Shown: piece by piece, positions 54,701 through 63,915 of the stretch | Position numbering within the stretch: position 1 is the first letter of the stretch | How the letters are laid out: the number at the start of each line of letters is the position of its first letter | Virus record (IMG/VR): IMGVR_UViG_3300049793_000366 | Span: 372,001 to 436,000 of that record | Direction: 5' to 3' (one strand) | Length of the DNA stretch: 64,000 nucleotides | Position numbers and translations under genes: made by a program | The notes under the pieces: generated by a model | The model's database searches: none | Told to the model about the DNA's origin: nothing | Seen by the model: only the letters and a program-made list of their open reading frames with translations

Positions 54701-55353
54701 TGTTTAGAAAGTATTATCATATAAAAATCAATCTTCAACTTGACAAGCTGAAAGAAATTGGTATTGAATACACTAAGCAAGAGCTTGATGGAAATTTAGC
54801 ACCTGATAAATTATTTGAATTGTATATTACTTTCTTTCCACGCGGTGACGATAGAATATTAGCCAATGAGGAATTACGCGATAAAGGAGTGTTTAAGATA
54901 GAGAAAACATTCTCGACATCAAACTCAGCTTTGAGAAGTGTTGGAAATGTTTACACACCATATTGTATGCTTGAGGATATAATGCTTAAGACATTAGAGC
55001 GTTTAAAGTTTTTAATTGATGCTGGTATGTTAAGCTATACAACGAGTGATGAACCATTGTATCTATGTTCTATTTCATTATCGAATAAGATAACTGGTTC
55101 TAAATTAGAATTAGTTAAATTCATTAAAGATGCTACTGGTCTTGGTTTAAAAGAATCAAAAGATATAGTTGATGCCGCAATAGATATAGAAACAAAAACG
55201 AATAAGAGTGTGATTAATTTTAATTTAACTGAGAGTGAGATTGTAAACTTCAATCAAGTAGTTATTGATAGGAATGTTTCACCACTTAATTTTCATTTTG
55301 ATGGTCACTTAGTTTTAAGAAATAACAAATTAGAAAAATTATTAAATGATTAA
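54700..55353 (+). CDS. Protein containing a ribosomal protein bL12 C-terminal-like domain
   Basis: KLELVKFIKDATGLGLKESKDIVD. Confidence 0.7.
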   Translation: MFRKYYHIKINLQLDKLKEIGIEYTKQELDGNLAPDKLFELYITFFPRGDDRILANEELRDKGVFKIEKTFSTSNSALRSVGNVYTPYCMLEDIMLKTLERLKFLIDAGMLSYTTSDEPLYLCSISLSNKITGSKLELVKFIKDATGLGLKESKDIVDAAIDIETKTNKSVINFNLTESEIVNFNQVVIDRNVSPLNFHFDGHLVLRNNKLEKLLND

Positions 55354-55726
55354 TTCCTGCGAAGAAATAAAACTTGAAGTAGTTAACACTAACCGCTATC
55401 GTGATGGTGGAACTGTCGGTATTGACGTGATGATGGTTGATAGAGAAGTATCTGGTGATTTAATGATATCACCAGATTACCGAGTGCTATTCATTTCAGA
55501 ACGAATTGAGTTCAGATTACCTTACTCATTTAGTAAAGGTAGAGAAGAAGGTGTTTATATAAACTATCAAGGAAGACAACAACCTGGTAGGTTTTATAAT
55601 GTAACCATACTTAGACTATTGTTACAAGCAGTTACCGAAATGTCTGATGTTCATATCAGAGACTTATTTATGAACGAGATTAAAAAGGAATTAAGAGAGC
55701 AAGGAATAAACGAATTAACAAAGTGA
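55346..55726 (+). CDS. Hypothetical protein
   Basis: C-terminal REQGINEL. Confidence 0.55.
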   Translation: MINSCEEIKLEVVNTNRYRDGGTVGIDVMMVDREVSGDLMISPDYRVLFISERIEFRLPYSFSKGREEGVYINYQGRQQPGRFYNVTILRLLLQAVTEMSDVHIRDLFMNEIKKELREQGINELTK

Positions 55727-56328
55727 TAGACTACAACGACATATTAAAAAGAGCTGGGTTATCAGACAATGATGTGATAAGTGCATATCAGTATGGATCT
55801 CGTGTATATGGAAATTTCACAAACGCATCTGATTGGGATTTTATATTCATTGTTAAGAATAAAGTGAATGAACAATTTTCTGATAACAAGATTAATATAA
55901 ACTTTTTTGATGAAGTTGGTCACAAGACACGTATTCTAAACCATGAGATATCAGCATTAGAAACATTATACCTTGATGATGAATTCATATTGAAGGAATC
56001 GTATAAAGTACCGTTTAAACTTGATTTAAGTATGCTTAGACACTCTTTATCAAGTAAGTCTTCTAACTCATGGGTTAAAGCAAAGAAGAAGCTTACAATC
56101 AAAGAGGACTATGATTTAGATGTTGGACGTAAATCATTGTGGCACTCTATAAGAATTATAGACTTTGGTATTCAGATAGCAACAACTGGTAAGATTTATA
56201 ACTACGGTTCTTGTAACTCAATGTACAGAGATATAATTCAATCTTATGATTGGACTACTCTATTCGAAAGATATAAAGATGATTACAATAAGATATTAAC
56301 TGAATTTAGAAAGGTAGCACCGAAATGA
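55723..56328 (+). CDS. Pol-beta superfamily nucleotidyltransferase
   Basis: YGSRVYG...SDWDF. Confidence 0.8.
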   Translation: MIDYNDILKRAGLSDNDVISAYQYGSRVYGNFTNASDWDFIFIVKNKVNEQFSDNKININFFDEVGHKTRILNHEISALETLYLDDEFILKESYKVPFKLDLSMLRHSLSSKSSNSWVKAKKKLTIKEDYDLDVGRKSLWHSIRIIDFGIQIATTGKIYNYGSCNSMYRDIIQSYDWTTLFERYKDDYNKILTEFRKVAPK

Positions 56329-56705
56329 TGGACTTACGATTGTTTCAAAATATAATCTATTCAGTATTCAGAGGTAAAGAGTTGAGTATCTATCCTATAA
56401 ATCCAAATACGAATAAGGGAGCCGCTGCTATTGATAGACACAGCCTTAAGGGTGAGACACCAATACCATTTCAACTTGCTAGGTTATTAATAGATAGAAA
56501 TATAATGATTGAAGAGTCTGGTAACTTTGAAACACGCGAGAGACATTTTGTTTTAGATATGGATGTATTCAAAGAGAAGTCTATTGAATTACATAGCTTC
56601 ATGTCAACATTTGGTGATTGGTCGCATTTTGAACCATTAGTTACAATATATCGTGATAATAAAATTAATAAAATATTAGATGGAGGAAAAAAAACTAACA
56701 TATAA
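56325..56705 (+). CDS. Hypothetical protein
   Basis: C-terminal RDNKINKIL. Confidence 0.55.
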   Translation: MMDLRLFQNIIYSVFRGKELSIYPINPNTNKGAAAIDRHSLKGETPIPFQLARLLIDRNIMIEESGNFETRERHFVLDMDVFKEKSIELHSFMSTFGDWSHFEPLVTIYRDNKINKILDGGKKTNI

Positions 56706-56958
56706 AGATTTTGACATAGGACAATATGTTGTGTGTGTTTCTATTTTCGAAAAAGAGAAACCACATATGGATTTTTGGGAACAACACCTGACTGTTGGTA
56801 AGTCATATAGGATTGAAGACCTTGAGTGGCGATTTGGTGATAAGATTTGTGTGAAGTCTGACAATGGTAAGACATCTATGTTCGTACCAATTGAGTTGTT
56901 TGATGATAAACAAGTATTGCGAGATTTGAAAATCGACAAAATAATAAATGAAGAATAA
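56680..56958 (+). CDS. Hypothetical protein
   Basis: C-terminal RDLKIDKII. Confidence 0.55.
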   Translation: MEEKKLTYKDFDIGQYVVCVSIFEKEKPHMDFWEQHLTVGKSYRIEDLEWRFGDKICVKSDNGKTSMFVPIELFDDKQVLRDLKIDKIINEE

Positions 56959-57280
56959 AAGAGACATACGCAAGAATTTTAAAATATCCGTTCTTAAGAG
57001 AGACAGGTATACTTGTCGCGTATGTGATACTGTGTACAAAGTAGGTGAAGCAGATGATATGCTTGATGCACATCATATCACAGATAGGAATGAAATGCCT
57101 AATGGTGGTTATGTAGTTGAGAATGGTATATCAGTATGTAAGAAAGACTGTCATTTTAAAGTAGAGAAGTTTCACATCTTTGAAGGTAAAGATTGGGAAC
57201 CAGGTTTACATCCTACTGACTTATATAAAATGATTGGTTCATCAAAAGAGAAAGCAATATTAGCCAGTGAGAAGTTATGA
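56948..57280 (+). CDS. HNH endonuclease
   Basis: VLKRDRYTCRVC...LDAHHI...N.ISVC..CH. Confidence 0.8.
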   Translation: MKNKRDIRKNFKISVLKRDRYTCRVCDTVYKVGEADDMLDAHHITDRNEMPNGGYVVENGISVCKKDCHFKVEKFHIFEGKDWEPGLHPTDLYKMIGSSKEKAILASEKL

Positions 57281-57624
57281 GTTATATAGATCCAAATAGT
57301 AAAAGTAGTGAGATACAACCCACATCGATGGTTTATGTGAGTATTAACCCAATGAGTGGTGGTAAGCACATGAAATATGAATCAACAATCGTGATGAAGC
57401 TTGGTGGTATTGATAATGCTACCAACCTAAGTGAAATGGTTGATGAATACATATCAGTTTGTGAAATACAAAATGGGTTCTATGAAGACTATCATCGCAA
57501 TAGTTTAAGTGAACTACATAAAGCTTATGTTGCTAATAGCACAAGCAGAGCAATCGCACTAGAGAAGATGCGAGTTTTTTTAAAGGAACAAATAAGAAGA
57601 GAACAACTAAGAAAAATATTATGA
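57277..57624 (+). CDS. Hypothetical protein
   Basis: C-terminal RREQLRKIL. Confidence 0.55.
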   Translation: MSYIDPNSKSSEIQPTSMVYVSINPMSGGKHMKYESTIVMKLGGIDNATNLSEMVDEYISVCEIQNGFYEDYHRNSLSELHKAYVANSTSRAIALEKMRVFLKEQIRREQLRKIL

Positions 57625-58328
57625 AAACATTAAATAACTGGAGAGTAGCTCCTGATTATCCAAGAATACCACATCTATCTAAAGACATTTCAAATATGTC
57701 GAATGATGATATTGTGTTAGATACTGCTACATTTCCATTCACAGCAGACTATCAAGAAAAAGTAGATGGTGCCAACTTAGGTATCTCTTGGAACAATGAT
57801 GGTCCCGTTGTACGAAATAGAAACTTCGTATTGAATAAAGGCTATACTAAAACCAAAACACCATCTAAAAGACAATTCGTTAATACATGGCAGTGGATTC
57901 ACAAACACGAAGATGATATCAAAGAAGTCATTGATAGATGGATGGCACCACTGACAATCTATGGTGAGTGGATGTGGGCTAAACATTCGATAGAATATAA
58001 TAAGCTACCAGACTTATTCTTAGCTTATGATATTTGGTCTCCATTAGATAATAAATTCGTATCTGTTAGTAAGATGGAAGAATTGCTTGATGGTACAAAC
58101 ATTAGGTATATCCCATCAATCAGAAAAGAGTTTAAAACTATTAGCGATGTTAAGCAAACATCAGAGTTGAAGTCTAAATATACGGATGATTATGCAGAGG
58201 GTATAGTAATCAAAATTTGCTCAGAAAGATGGGTTGAGAAAACATACAAGGTTGTCAATCAGTTCTACAACAGAAGAGACGATTTCAATGATGTAGATAT
58301 TATCCGGAATAAGGTGCTTGATATTTAA
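57621..58328 (+). CDS. Second ATP-dependent RNA ligase (Rnl2/Rnl3-like nucleotidyltransferase domain)
   Basis: YPRIPHL, QEKVDGANLGI, YGEW, AYDI, EGIVIK, YKVV. Confidence 0.82.
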   Translation: MKTLNNWRVAPDYPRIPHLSKDISNMSNDDIVLDTATFPFTADYQEKVDGANLGISWNNDGPVVRNRNFVLNKGYTKTKTPSKRQFVNTWQWIHKHEDDIKEVIDRWMAPLTIYGEWMWAKHSIEYNKLPDLFLAYDIWSPLDNKFVSVSKMEELLDGTNIRYIPSIRKEFKTISDVKQTSELKSKYTDDYAEGIVIKICSERWVEKTYKVVNQFYNRRDDFNDVDIIRNKVLDI

Positions 58329-58384
58329 TACAACTATTTGCTTTTTTGATATAAAATTAAAAAATAGTATTATATCAAATCAGC

Positions 58385-58909
58385 ATGAGAAAGCAGAAAC
58401 AGCAACTACATAGACTCAACAATCAAATCACACACGAAACAGTGAGAGTGATATCTGATGAGAATGGACAGAGGTTATCAACTGTAATGTCAATAAATGA
58501 GGCACTGCAATTAGCAGATAGTCTTGCTGTTGATTTAGTAGAGGTAACACCTAATGCTAACCCACCTATTTGTAGAGTTGTGGAGTATGGTAAATTCCTT
58601 TATGAGTTAAAGAAAAAGGAAAAAGAAAACTCTAAGAAATCTCAACAACAAGAAGTTAAAGAGTTAAGACTAACCCCTCACACTGATGAACATGACTTCG
58701 AGTTTAAGCTAAAACACGCAGAGGCTTGGCTTAAGAAAGGAGATAAAGTAAAAGCTACTGTCTTCTTCAAAGGAAGAGAAATAGTTTACCAGGATCAAGG
58801 TAGAGTACTTTTGCTTAAATTAGCTGATACATTAAAGGATATTTCAAAGGCTGAGAGTTTACCTATTCTGATGGGTAAACGAATGTCGATAACGATATCA
58901 CCTAAATAA
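58385..58909 (+). CDS. infC: Translation initiation factor IF-3
   Basis: DLVEVTPNANPPICRVVEYGKFLYE, KELRL, GDKVK, GRE. Confidence 0.95.
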   Translation: MRKQKQQLHRLNNQITHETVRVISDENGQRLSTVMSINEALQLADSLAVDLVEVTPNANPPICRVVEYGKFLYELKKKEKENSKKSQQQEVKELRLTPHTDEHDFEFKLKHAEAWLKKGDKVKATVFFKGREIVYQDQGRVLLLKLADTLKDISKAESLPILMGKRMSITISPK

Positions 58910-58978
58910 ATATTATTATGAACACATTATATACACCGCGCCCAGTAGTCTTTTAAGTTAAAAATAACTTAAACTACT

Positions 58979-59272
58979 ATGAATAATAAGATTTACAACT
59001 TCACTCCAAAACAGCGGAAGAAAGATTTACGTTTCTATAAATTAAGTCTCTATGATGAATCACCACTTCAATTTCTATTAGAAGATGAAGAATGGTGTCA
59101 TATATCCAAGTGGTATAGCTGGACTAGTCATGCTCCTGCTTGGTACAGAAGACAAAAGAATAAAAAACTAAAAGCTAAAGCTAAACAGGCTTTGTATAAA
59201 CAATTAACGTATGGTATAGATGATATTAACTATCCGTTATTCACTAAAAATGCTGGCTATGATTGGTGGTAA
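58979..59272 (+). CDS. Hypothetical basic protein
   Basis: 97 aa. Confidence 0.5.
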   Translation: MNNKIYNFTPKQRKKDLRFYKLSLYDESPLQFLLEDEEWCHISKWYSWTSHAPAWYRRQKNKKLKAKAKQALYKQLTYGIDDINYPLFTKNAGYDWW

Positions 59273-59301
59273 AAAATATTTTAAAAAAAATTAAAAATAA
59301 A

Positions 59302-59332
59302 TTTGCAATATCAAAAAATGTCCATATTTTTG
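59302..59332 (+). promoter_or_regulatory. Bacteroidota-type promoter of the HU/ncRNA operon
   Basis: TTTG 59302-59305, TATTTTTG 59325-59332. Confidence 0.65.
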
Positions 59333-59414
59333 TGACATAAATAAGAAGAATAAATTTTAACAAAAAATATTTAGTTAGAATGTAAACTTTTTAAAACATC
59401 AACATTATAACATC

Positions 59415-59441
59415 TCACTTCGGTGAAAACGTTCTTTAAAA
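59415..59441 (+). promoter_or_regulatory. Putative boxB-boxA antitermination element
   Basis: Hairpin TCAC-TTCG-GTGA followed by GTTCTTTAAAA. Confidence 0.5.
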
Positions 59442-59476
59442 TATTTCATTTTTGTTTTTTAAATACTGAGCTAAAT

Positions 59477-59549
59477 GGCGCTGTCGTCTACTGGAAGGAC
59501 GCTACTTTGTTCAAAGTGGAAACATACGGTTCGAATCCTATCGGCGCTA
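59477..59549 (+). tRNA. Glu-like tRNA-like RNA with extended anticodon arm and bulged T stem
   Basis: GGCGCTG/CGGCGCT; CTACTTT-GTTC-AAAGTGG; ATA[C]GG/CCTAT. Confidence 0.55.
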
Positions 59550-59665
59550 CAAATGTTAAAAGTTAGAAAAATATTTAAACTTCTCTAAACTTTTAAAAAC
59601 TCAAAGATTATAACATATAACTTTGTACAACATAACAAGCAAAGTAAATAAAAAACAAAAGAAAA

Positions 59666-59938
59666 ATGAATAAAGCTGAATTAATTGATGTTATTGCGAA
59701 AGAAGCAAACTTAACAAAAACATCCGCTACACAAGCGTTAGACGCAACTCTTGCTGCTATCACTAGCTCTTTGAGCAATGGCGACAAGGTAACACTTGTA
59801 GGTTTTGGTACATTTTCAGTTTCTAAGAGAGCAGCCCGCAAAGGTCGCAATCCAAAAACTGGTGAAGTAATCCAAATCTCTGCAAAGAATGTTGCAAAGT
59901 TCAAAGCTGGTTCTGAGTTATCTTCTTCAGTGAAGTAA
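59666..59938 (+). CDS. hup: HU family DNA-binding protein
   Basis: [34 protein letters not shown]. Confidence 0.96.
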   Translation: MNKAELIDVIAKEANLTKTSATQALDATLAAITSSLSNGDKVTLVGFGTFSVSKRAARKGRNPKTGEVIQISAKNVAKFKAGSELSSSVK

Positions 59939-59986
59939 TTTAAAATCACGCGAGAGTTGATTCCAAAAGAGTAAACTCTCGTACAT

Positions 59987-60060
59987 GGCGCAATCGTCTA
60001 CCGGAAGGACGCTACCCCATTTCAGGGTAGAAACGTATGGTTCGAATCCTGCTTGCGCTA
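59987..60060 (+). tRNA. Glu-like tRNA-like RNA with 6-bp anticodon stem and bulged T stem
   Basis: GGCGCAA/TTGCGCT; CTACCC-CATTTCA-GGGTAG; GTA[T]GG/CCTGC. Confidence 0.6.
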
Positions 60061-60069
60061 CAATGTGCC

Positions 60070-60460
60070 AATCTCGGTTGGCTTCTCAGTGAGGTGAACA
60101 CTGTGCTATATATGAGAAGTTGTTGTCAACTTTTATAACTAAAAAACACATTGCGTTCATTTTAATACGGCAAATTTTCACTGGTTAAAAACCGAGCGTA
60201 AATGTCTTGTAACGTAAGAGCTTAATAAATTGGGTGGAAGATACGCCGCCAAGTATTGAGTTAAACACATTAAGTTGTGTGAGTCGATGCGAACAAAAAG
60301 GTCCAGTAGTTAGACTGCCTTTAAGGTTTATGATTCATAATAGAATTATATTCTTTACTGAAAATGAATACACAACTAGGCCTGTGGTTGAGGAAGTTGA
60401 ACATCGATTAGATGTGAGAGTCTCCGAAATGTATTCAACAGTTCAAAAAGCTCTTACTTA
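60070..60460 (+). ncRNA. Unidentified structured RNA, about 400 nt
   Basis: Long-range pairs CTCGGTT/AACCGAG, GTAAGAGCTT/AAGCTCTTAC, GAATAC/GTATTC, GCTTCTCA/TGAGAAGT, plus many hairpins. Confidence 0.55.
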
Positions 60461-60490
60461 GCTTGTTTATAAGTAAAATTATTATAAGTT

Positions 60491-60500
60491 CGTTCTTTGA
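60491..60500 (+). promoter_or_regulatory. Putative boxA
   Basis: CGTTCTTTGA just before the large ncRNA. Confidence 0.45.
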
Positions 60501-60518
60501 TTTAAAAATTTAAAAATA

Positions 60519-61272
60519 TTGGGCAGTATAGTGTCCTACACAAATCTTCGGGTTTGTGTGAAAATAAAGCTGGTAACAGTCTATAAAGCAAACGTAGAGT
60601 TTGCGACTTCTTCACGGGAGTTTAACTATAAAATACTTAGTATGTCTTTGATGGACGAATGTTCAATGAGATATCATCATCCAACTATGGTGATTGCGTC
60701 AGAAATGATTACAAGAAAGGTAGGGTATTATGTGCGAAATGTCCAAACATTAGTGCGTGTGCTATCTGATTAAGTTATACAACGTATAGTTTATATTCGC
60801 AAGGGTATTTATTATACATGGGCGACTGAAGCAGACGTGAGCTGGAAACTCACAGAAGGGCGTTTAGTATTTTGTTCTCAAAAGGAACGAAGCTATACCA
60901 CACAGGCGTCCTTCATACAAATAGTTGTTATCTAACATGATTTTGAAATATCAAAAAAGCAAAATCTGTGTGGCGCTGGAGTCGAAAGGTCTCTAATTCC
61001 ATCCGTTGCGAAACGAAGATGGAGTCTAATATCCCGCAAGGATATGGATTTAGCTAAGAAAAATCTAGTGGGCGCAACCCTTAGTCAGTTCGCAAGACTG
61101 AATAGACAGAGTAGCAGTTGAGTAGACAAACTGGTCAAACAGTTCTAGCGATACGAGTGATTACCGTAAGGAATCGAGACTGACAGAATACTTATCGCAA
61201 GGTGAGTGGATAATGAGAGAACCAATAATGCTCAGAAAGATTTGTCGACCAAAGCTATAATCTCAAGCTTTT
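60519..61272 (+). ncRNA. Large ornate ncRNA, GOLLD-like (about 750 nt)
   Basis: Five CGCAA-loop hairpins, UUCG/GCGA/GAAA loops, long-range helices (GAAGGGCG/CGTCCTTC, CACACAG/CTGTGTG); tRNA-flanked phage context; family call is from memory. Confidence 0.6.
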
Positions 61273-61276
61273 TTAC

Positions 61277-61350
61277 GGCGTGTTCGTCTATCGGAAGGAC
61301 GCTACCCCATTTCAGGGTAGAAACGTATGGTTCGAATCCTGCACACGCTA
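61277..61350 (+). tRNA. Glu-like tRNA-like RNA, near copy of 59987-60060
   Basis: Identical from GGAAGGAC through the T arm; acceptor GGCGTGT/ACACGCT co-varies. Confidence 0.6.
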
Positions 61351-61368
61351 CTGAGTAAAATAAAATAT

Positions 61369-61481
61369 GGCGAGTTCTTCTAGCGGACTAAGCTGAACAA
61401 CGCACTTCTACTGTGTTATTCGCTTAAAGGATGCCGTTCTTTTCAGAATGGAGACAGCAGGTTCGAATCCTCTACTCGCTA
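61369..61481 (+). tRNA. tRNA-like RNA of the same family with a hairpin inserted in the D loop
   Basis: GGCGAGT/ACTCGCT; CCGTTCT-TTTC-AGAATGG; AG[C]AGG/CCTCT; about 35-nt D-loop insert. Confidence 0.5.
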
Positions 61482-61530
61482 CAAACAGTAATGCCAAGTT
61501 TTCCAGACTCTTTTATTGTTTACCATGAAG

Positions 61531-61562
61531 AAGCCGATGTGATTTATCATATCGGTTTTTTT
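61531..61562 (+). terminator. Intrinsic terminator ending the ncRNA operon
   Basis: aagccgatgtga-tt-tatcatatcggtt + T tract. Confidence 0.75.
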
Positions 61563-61563
61563 A

Positions 61564-61595
61564 TTTGGTCATGTCCGGAATTATGATTATATTTG
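61564..61595 (+). promoter_or_regulatory. Bacteroidota-type promoter
   Basis: TTTG 61564-61567, TATATTTG 61588-61595. Confidence 0.72.
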
Positions 61596-61635
61596 TAACT
61601 GAATAATTTTTTTCACTTAAAACCAAAAAACAAAC

Positions 61636-63402
61636 ATGAAAGTATTTGCAATTATCTTATCACTAATCCTTGGTTGGTTATGTTATTATTTCGGAATGCC
61701 AACATTATCATTCGGCTTCATTGGATGGCCATCAACATTAATGGTAATGTCTATTCCACTTATTCTACTTGATGTAGAAGAACGAGAAGGTATGTTTAAA
61801 ACAGGAGTGGGTATAGCAGTCTTTGGTTTGTTTTTCTTAACCATTGTACCGATGCTTACAAGTTGGTCACTATTTCGCTCTGACGCATATAAATCATTAC
61901 TTGGTACAGTAAACGAAAAGAGTATAAACTCCACAATTGAACCTATCAATCCTGAGAATATTGTAATAATTGATGAACAAACAGCACATCGATTAGCTGA
62001 TAAATGCTTAAATGAATATCCGGATGCTCGTGCTATTGGTTCAGAAGTTGAACTTGGTTCACTTACACTACAAAAAGTTGGTGATAAGATGTACTATGTT
62101 GCTCCGCTATTACACCGCTCATTCTTTAAGTGGTCTTCTAACTCACAGGGTACACCAGGTTATGTTATGATTAACACAACGAATGACAAAGATGTTAAGT
62201 TTGTACAAGAAGTAAATGGTAAAAAACTACGCATTAAATATCAAGAGGGTGCCTGCTTTGGTGATAATATAGAACGACACATTTATACATCTGGTTATAA
62301 AACAAAAGGAGTATCAGATTATTCTTTTGAAGTTGATGATAATGGTACACCTTATTACATCGCCACTATATATGAGAAACAAGTTGGATATGCTGGTGAA
62401 GATGCTACTGGTGTTATAACGGTTGATGTTGCCTCTGGTGAGATTACAGAATACTCAGTAAAAGAAACACCTACATGGATTGATAGAATTTACCCAGTTG
62501 ACTTTATTAAGACACAGGTTGATGATTGGGGTTATTTCTCACATGGTTGGTTAAATCCATCTGACAAAGATAGGTTAGAGTCAACTGATGGTATATCGTT
62601 AGTATATGGTAATGATGGTCAGTGCTACTTCTATTGTGGTTTAACATCTGTTGGTAAGGATCAATCATCTATTGGATTTTTAATGATAAACTCTCGAACT
62701 AAGGAAGTTAATTACTATCATCAAGGTGGTGCTACCGAACAAGCCGCTATGGCATCTGCTGAGGGTAAAGTACAAGAGAAAGGTTATGCCGCAAGTCACC
62801 CAAGACCATATAACATTGATGGTATATGGACATATGTTATGGCTCTGAAAGATAAAGAGGGATTAATCAAAATGGTTGCTCTGGTATCAGTTAAGAATTA
62901 TGATATCGTTGGTGTTGGTCAAGACATAAAAGACGCTATACGTCAATACAAATCAGCTTTAAACTCAAGTGGTAACGTCACTACATTTGAAGGTAAGAAG
63001 TCAGACTTTGAAGTAACTGGTAAGATAACCCGATTCTCTGTTGATAATCGAAGTGGTAACTCTTATTACTATTTTATGATTGATACTATTAAAACTAAAA
63101 TATTCGTAGCAACATCCAATATATCTGATGAAGTAGTTTTAACACAGCTTAATGATATAGCAACTGTAACGTTTGCTGATGCTAATTCATATCTTATTGA
63201 TGTAAGAACCTTTGATAATAAGGGACTGAGCTTATCTAAGAGCGAAAGTCAGAATAAAGTTGAAAAATATTTTAAAACAGTTAACGATTCAATTAGTATA
63301 AAGCAAGACGCAAATGATGCAAATGCTTTATGGGACACATTGAGTGAATCTAAAAAAGCTGAAATTTTGAAATCATATCAAAAGACAAACACTAAAAAGT
63401 AA
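61636..63402 (+). CDS. Membrane-anchored hypothetical protein
   Basis: N-terminal hydrophobic helices followed by a large soluble domain. Confidence 0.7.
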   Translation: MKVFAIILSLILGWLCYYFGMPTLSFGFIGWPSTLMVMSIPLILLDVEEREGMFKTGVGIAVFGLFFLTIVPMLTSWSLFRSDAYKSLLGTVNEKSINSTIEPINPENIVIIDEQTAHRLADKCLNEYPDARAIGSEVELGSLTLQKVGDKMYYVAPLLHRSFFKWSSNSQGTPGYVMINTTNDKDVKFVQEVNGKKLRIKYQEGACFGDNIERHIYTSGYKTKGVSDYSFEVDDNGTPYYIATIYEKQVGYAGEDATGVITVDVASGEITEYSVKETPTWIDRIYPVDFIKTQVDDWGYFSHGWLNPSDKDRLESTDGISLVYGNDGQCYFYCGLTSVGKDQSSIGFLMINSRTKEVNYYHQGGATEQAAMASAEGKVQEKGYAASHPRPYNIDGIWTYVMALKDKEGLIKMVALVSVKNYDIVGVGQDIKDAIRQYKSALNSSGNVTTFEGKKSDFEVTGKITRFSVDNRSGNSYYYFMIDTIKTKIFVATSNISDEVVLTQLNDIATVTFADANSYLIDVRTFDNKGLSLSKSESQNKVEKYFKTVNDSISIKQDANDANALWDTLSESKKAEILKSYQKTNTKK

Positions 63403-63408
63403 TATATA

Positions 63409-63915
63409 ATGGGTGATATGCCACAACATCTTGAAATTGAACGTAAGTTTTTGGTTAAAGACTTACCGAATAGAAAACCGTCATGTATAGTACAAATTGA
63501 CCAATACTATTGGAAAAATCCAAAGGGTGTCTGGGAGCGTGTGAGAACATGGCACACTAACACTGGTGAGAGACGATGGATTCACACCGTTAAAAAATAT
63601 CTCAGCAAGGGAGTCAACATCGAAGACGAGAAAGACATCACCGAATCAGAATATAAAAGCTTTATTAAGAAGTGTTCAAGTGTTGGTCAGAGTGGTAAAT
63701 TTATCTCAAAGACAAGACATATATACATTGATGCGAACAAGATGAAGTGGGAGATAGATGTGTTCAATACTGGTGCTAAGATTATTATGGCAGAGGTTGA
63801 ATTACCTAAGAAAAGCTTTAGACTTAAGATACCAAAGTTTGTAAAGGAGATAGTATTATTAGAAGTGACTGAACTAAAGAAGTTCAGCAATCGCAACTTA
63901 GCAAACGAAATATAA
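63409..63915 (+). CDS. CYTH (triphosphate tunnel) domain protein
   Basis: EIERKFLV, ERVR, KTRH, WEIDVF, AEVEL. Confidence 0.88.
   Translation: MGDMPQHLEIERKFLVKDLPNRKPSCIVQIDQYYWKNPKGVWERVRTWHTNTGERRWIHTVKKYLSKGVNIEDEKDITESEYKSFIKKCSSVGQSGKFISKTRHIYIDANKMKWEIDVFNTGAKIIMAEVELPKKSFRLKIPKFVKEIVLLEVTELKKFSNRNLANEI

Noticed and set aside
58918-58956. Mini-ORF MNTLYTPRPVVF after infC as a ninth attenuator
   Set aside because: The following hairpin has no U tract, and no cognate tRNA or synthetase follows.
60390-60402. Second RNase P RNA (GAGGAAGTTGAAC resembles CR-I)
   Set aside because: No convincing downstream P4 partner or CR-V in the right context.
60234-60773. ORF-track proteins at 60234-60461 and 60519-60773
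   Set aside because: Non-ATG starts, no recognisable motifs, and they lie inside densely base-paired RNA.
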